Assembly (NCBI RefSeq): GCF_004010195.1
Contig: NC_057752.1
Location: 8,625,616-8,689,615 of the forward strand
From: Chiloscyllium plagiosum
Taxonomy: Eukaryota
Length of the DNA: 64,000 nt
Reading direction: 5' to 3'
Under the pieces are notes generated by a model. That model was not told the origin of the DNA, did no database searches, and saw nothing but the letters and a program-made list of their open reading frames with translations. The position numbers and the translations under genes were made by a program. Shown piece by piece: positions 59,049 to 64,000 of this stretch; the first letter of the stretch is position 1, and each line of letters opens with the position of its first letter.

Positions 59049-61995
59049 TGTTATGGACTAGGCCAGACCATTCAAAACTACAAAATTCAACTACATCCTT
59101 GTATAGTCCAGGCCAGTAAAAACGTCTTTGAATTTTAGCCTGTGTTTTCCTCACCCCTAAATGATCTCCAAGCGGTAGCTCATGCGCCACTCACAGCACC
59201 TTTTTATACCCTACTGGCAAAACAATTGATGAATCTATGCCCACTTCCCATTTGCTTGAATGTGTGATGGTCTCCATTTCCTCATTAAGGCATCATTTGT
59301 TAAGTAATAACACAGGGATGCATTCACTCTCCATCTCTGTATATGCCTTTTGATACAACTGTTAACTTCTCATCTTTCTGCTGTAATGTGATCAGCTCAG
59401 CAGAACTAAAGATACTCGCATGTTTACCTAGTTGCTCCTGCTCTATCCCACTTACCGGATTAAAAAAAGTCCCGGATAAAGCTTTATCAGCTTCCTTATC
59501 TGTGCCTTTTGATCACTCCTGCTTCAACTTGTGCCTCTGATCTTGTGGGAAAATTCCTGGATAAACATCTGTCATTTCTTCAGTTGCCTGTTTCTCCACT
59601 GGCTTTTCAGCTAGAGCAGGCGACACACCTACCAGTGAATTAGCTATATCATTTGCAAGGACAAATTGTATTCCTGGAGGGGAGAGTTTGTCCAGTACTC
59701 CTACCACAAATCCTCCACTCTTCTCTGGACTCTCTAGCTCGCTTTACATAATTGAGCACCTTTTGTCTCACGACAAATTCCTGTTACCAGTACCTTTTCT
59801 GGCAATAGTCCCTCAAGAGTACATATCTCCTCATCCTTCAAGATTACAGACTGAGAGGATCCTGTATCCCTTAATATTGTAACCTCTTTACCTGCTACTC
59901 CTAGCCTATGTGAATAAACTTTATCCTTGCAAGTATATTTTTTTTACGCAGACCTGTCACTTCCTCCTCAATCACCCTCTGATCTTGTACACTGAGGCAG
60001 CTGTCTTATTTTTGCTTTGTGTTTTTTGTTAACAGTCCAACAAAACTTCCAAGCTTGTCCGGTTTTCCTACATCTGGATTTCTCCTAGCCCATCACCACT
60101 GATTTCATGTGGCCCACTTTATTACAATGAAAACACTGGAACTTTTTAAACTTTTGTCTCCCTCAAGGGTTTCTTTTTTACCCTGTGGTAAGTTATGACC
60201 TTCACCGAGATCTACCTTTCCCTTTCCACGTGAGGATTTCTCTTTGCCCCAATTTCTATCCCTCATGGACTGAAATGGATTCTGGAAGCCAAACCATGTT
60301 TTATGGACCAGCTCATAATCATCAGTCACTTCAGGTGCTAACCATGTCATTTTAACACTCTGCTCTTCCACGAGTTTGTACTACTTTCAGCAGTGAATTT
60401 TTGAATTCCTCCAAAATAATTGCCTAAGGGCATCATAGATTTGCTCAATTTTTAAAGCTCTTATCCATCTTTCAAAATTACTCTGTTTGATCCTTTCAAA
60501 CTCAATGTAGGTTTGACATGGGTCCTTCCTTAGACTCCTGAAACATTGTCTATAGGCTTCTGGTACAAGTTGGTCCATGCTGATATGCCCTTAAAATGTT
60601 TCTTTCCACCACCTTTAACTCCCCAGATACTCCTCTGATAGTGATGCAAATACCTCACTCGCCCTACCTACAAGTTTTGTTTGGATTAACAAAACCCACA
60701 TTGCTACTGCATTTGTTTAGCCACCTTTTCAGAGGAGATGAAAAAGGCTTTCACATCCTTCTCATCAAATTTAAGCAATGCTTGAACATACTTCAACAGT
60801 TTCTCACTGGGCTTCTGACTACCAGGGGCTTGCGCATCCTCACTGTTGCTCACTAAGCCTTAAGCGGACTTTCCTTTCAAGTGCAAGTTTTTGAAGTTCA
60901 AAACCTTTCTTTCTCTTCTGCTGTTCTTTCTCTGTTCTGCTGCTCTTTTTCCCTCTCTTCTGCTTTTAATCATAACTCAAACTGTTTCATTTCTGCTGTC
61001 CTTTCCTTATCTCTCGCCTCTAACCCAAGCTGCTTCATTTGCAATTGAGTTCTTGCCATCTCTATAGATTCTGATAGTTTCTCCAACAAGTTTAAATGCT
61101 GTGCTACTGCTGTAATTATCTCTCCTTTCCTCACAGAAGCAGGCAGTTCCAATTCCAGCTTCTCTGCTAATTCCTGCAACTTGGTCTTATTCATCTTTTG
61201 CAAAACTTCCAAACTCACCGCACCCACTTCCAGAAACCTTTCGGTGACTGAAAGAGCCATTACTATTCCAAGCTTTGTCTACCCAACCAAATCAACAAAG
61301 ACACTAACACCTACCAGCCGCTGTTAAAAATCCTGCAAAGAGCCCCCAGTCTGTTATGGACTCAGCCAGACCACTCAAAACATTCTTAAACAAACAACCC
61401 AGAACATAACTTTGCAATTTTTTTCGGTAAGTGTACAGTGAAAATTACCTGAACTTAGTGAGGTTCACTATCAGGTTTTAAAACAGTCAAAAATTTATTC
61501 TCAAAATTACACAATAAATACAAAGAACAGAACAAACAGCCCCTACAGAACTCAGTCTATCCAAACTAGACTTCATTCCAAATAAAGACAATAGTCCCAA
61601 TAAGCAACCCCCCCCCCCCCCCCCCCCCACTTAAAACCAGTAAAAATAGAACAAATGCTTACAGGTTGAAGTTAGAAGGGCAGAAGGAGAGAGAGTTTTT
61701 GCAGTCTGTTCACACAGTCCACTGCTGAACATCTAACTAGTTCTGGACTGAACTGTTCAGCTAGAGAGCTGACCACTCCCCTTTCATTATACAGGTCACT
61801 TCTAAAACATGACCACTTTGGCCTGAAGTCTCATCTTATTACACAAACAAAAAGGCCTCAATACTCTTTAATCTCTGTACCAAACCAGTCTAATCAGATC
61901 CAGGAGCTGTTTACGATCCCTCCGAAATAAACCAAAGACACAGTATCCTTGAGAAAAGGAATAGCTTTTCGAAAAAAGGGTTCAGCTTTGTGACA
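59049..61995 (-). mobile_element. Gmr1-like Gypsy element: 5' LTR (61352-61995), tRNA-Pro-type PBS, gag, protease and integrase start, with an internal deletion leaving about 30 bp of the 3' LTR
   Basis: PBS TGGGGGCTC at 61348-61340; gag MALSVTERFL.., LVPEAYRQCFRSLRK; protease ILRDTGSSQS near 59850-59878; AHELPLGDHLGVRKTQAKIQRRFYWPGLYKDVVEFC follows with no RT in between; TGTTATGGACT..GCCAGACCA.TCAAAAC at both 59049 and 61352. Confidence 0.88.
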
Positions 61996-63473
61996 ATAGG
62001 TACACCCAAAGTGTTGTTAGGAAGGAAGATTCAGGATTTTGGCAAGTTTTTTTATATACCAATTAGAAAGCAAACAGGCTCTTCATTACCCAACTGATTA
62101 ACTGAAAGAAATCCAAACAGCCAGGTTTTTCAACAGCTAATGTTTCTAGATCTAAAAAGTGTGAAACTATTTTTTGTGAAAACACAACTTTTTCTTTTTA
62201 ATGCCACTATGAGGTTTCTTCTGGGTTGTATGCAACATTGCAATAGGAAATAATCAATGGAGAGATTGAGCAACCCTACTGCTGCCCCAAACTTATCAAC
62301 CTCCTCCAGTAATGATCAATGCTGAACAGAAAAGTTTAGCTGTGATTTCTTCATAACTGTGCAACATCCATTAAAACTGAAGTTTACATGTGTAGAACCC
62401 AGTACTAAGCGATGACAAGAGGTTTACTTTTAAATATAGCAGAGCAGAAGTCTTCCTGCTTAACATAGATCTTGCATCCTGCTCAATGCACTGTTAGATC
62501 CATATAAATATTATAAAATGCACATAAACACTATTACTGTTGTACGTGAACCATTTACAGCTTACCAAGAGGAGTCTGTCCTCGTGCACTACATAAGTGA
62601 GATCCTGTTACTTTGATATGCAGTGTAATATCTACTAAAAAAATGATCTCACCAACCCATTGGTGAGGATTACTATTCAGTCTATTGCTTAATGCACTAG
62701 TTATATGATTTAATCAGCTTAGCAGCTACAGCAGAGTCACATCTGCTCAGTCCAGAATCCATGTGCTCACTAATCTCCGTAGGGCTCAAACCAAGGAATA
62801 TAGCCTGTTGTGCAAGTGAATCAATCTGACCTTACTGAGTAAATTACAATATGTTGCACCCACATATATAAATGTAGCATTCACAAAAAACTGTTGAGCA
62901 CTCACTTATTCAGATGGAGTCAAAAATCATTAATCAGAATAGAAAAAGATTAAAATAATCTGAAACCCACTGAATTAAATAAAATTGAATTTTCTTTTAG
63001 ACATTTTAAAAATATGTATTATAGTTGCCATTTTTCCTCTTTCCCCCCTCTAACCACCATGGCCACATGCAGGTCAGTGAAATACTTCTGTACCTAACCA
63101 ACTCTGGCAAACTACCAGAAGTAACAACCCCTTCTTTAGGGCCAGAAGCATTTTTAAAAAACAAAGCTCGATCTTCCACATTAGTCAGAATGTGAACCAG
63201 GCCTCCGATCATTTGGACATTAAATCCATAGGTTTCCTCAGACCACATTCTAAATGGCAGGAGGAAAAGTCTTCTCTACATTGTGGCAGATTAATGACAA
63301 GACCCACAGTGGAGATGTACAACACTTCTGATGTATATCCAACAGCTTCCCATTAATAGTATCATTCAGCTAGAAAATAGTTAACTCTTTCATTCTTTTC
63401 ATTATTGCCTACAAGTTAGATTTGTATTTTCTGTGGAAATGGATTATCAACTGCTCAGAAAGTTAATTGAATG

Positions 63474-63782
63474 TGTCATGGACATGTTTATGGGAGGTTA
63501 CCATATTGGAACAGTTAATTAGTAATAGTTAACACATCTATATTTTGTTAAGTATTTCGATCGAGTTACAGTTAAGCCAATTTGTTTCTTTTTACTTTGT
63601 CTGTATTTTAACTGTAGTGTAAAAAGACGTTAAGTGTTTTGCTTAACGTCAAGTAATTTGACCAATCAAATTACATCTGGAATGAAACACCTTACACTTA
63701 CCTTTAAAATAAGAAAAAGTTAGGGTGGGGACTATCTTATGGATATATTTTGAGGGGATTTGGTCTGGTCCAGTCCATAACA
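63474..63782 (+). mobile_element. Short or internally deleted Gypsy-type LTR
   Basis: Ends TGTCATGGAC...GTCCATAACA; 3' part homologous to 20389-20503 and to the reverse complement of the start of 61352-61995. Confidence 0.65.
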
Positions 63783-64000
63783 GCATAAAATAGTGTCTCT
63801 TGCATCCTAGTTCTGATAAGTACAAGATGAAAAGCTTCAACTTCTAGTCTCCATTTAGCAATGGTTTGAACTTCCAGGAACACTCGAGCAGGCACACACT
63901 GGTTTAAAATCTTGGTTCCAGAAAGACCGATCTAGTTAATTTATTTAAAATACCTCCATAAAAATAGATACATCCCCAAATGCCACTTGTTTAAAATCCA

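Larger units (their letters stand above)
3777..64000 (-). other. SLC4A8: Probable large SLC4A8 intron upstream of the 3633-3776 exon
   Basis: The exon has an internal acceptor, so an upstream exon must exist. I found no DEEAVVD..EKEELE-like exon in the window by eye, though it could lie in a gap. Confidence 0.5.

Noticed and set aside
61607..61628. Poly-C/poly-G runs (also near 22004, 32383 and 58482)
   Set aside because: Simple homopolymers of uncertain length, with no supporting structure.

Overview
Eukaryotic vertebrate DNA. The repeat complement (HE1-type tRNA/V-domain SINEs sharing a 3' tail with CR1 LINEs, abundant CR1, Penelope, Rex1/Babar, Gypsy) points to a cartilaginous fish, probably a shark (inference). 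The only host coding sequence I can support is one 144-bp minus-strand exon (3633-3776) of SLC4A8 (Na+-driven Cl-/HCO3- exchanger, N-terminal GHRTLYVGVRMPLGRQSHRHHR exon). The rest looks like a very large intron packed with nested, mostly decayed retroelements, plus three assembly gaps. Main points of interest: (1) 54.7-57.4 kb, where 3' ends of a Tx1-like LINE are inserted again and again at the TATA-box motif ATAAA(C/T)AGG(GG)AG of Gypsy LTRs, with target duplications that regenerate the site. This is a candidate sequence-specific retrotransposon that parasitises LTR promoters, and it includes a 992-bp Gypsy/Tx1 chimera flanked by an exact 158-bp repeat. (2) Penelope-like elements carrying minimal hammerhead-ribozyme cores, including three 160-210 bp hairpin mini-insertions with 14-16 bp TSDs. 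(3) A 15-bp segment between inverted CCAAT boxes that is flipped between LTR copies. (4) A Copia-like relic, Gmr1-type Gypsy relics, a Harbinger relic, and a G-rich minisatellite that appears to derive from a CR1 3' end. All calls were made by eye without database searches, and boundaries of decayed repeats are approximate.
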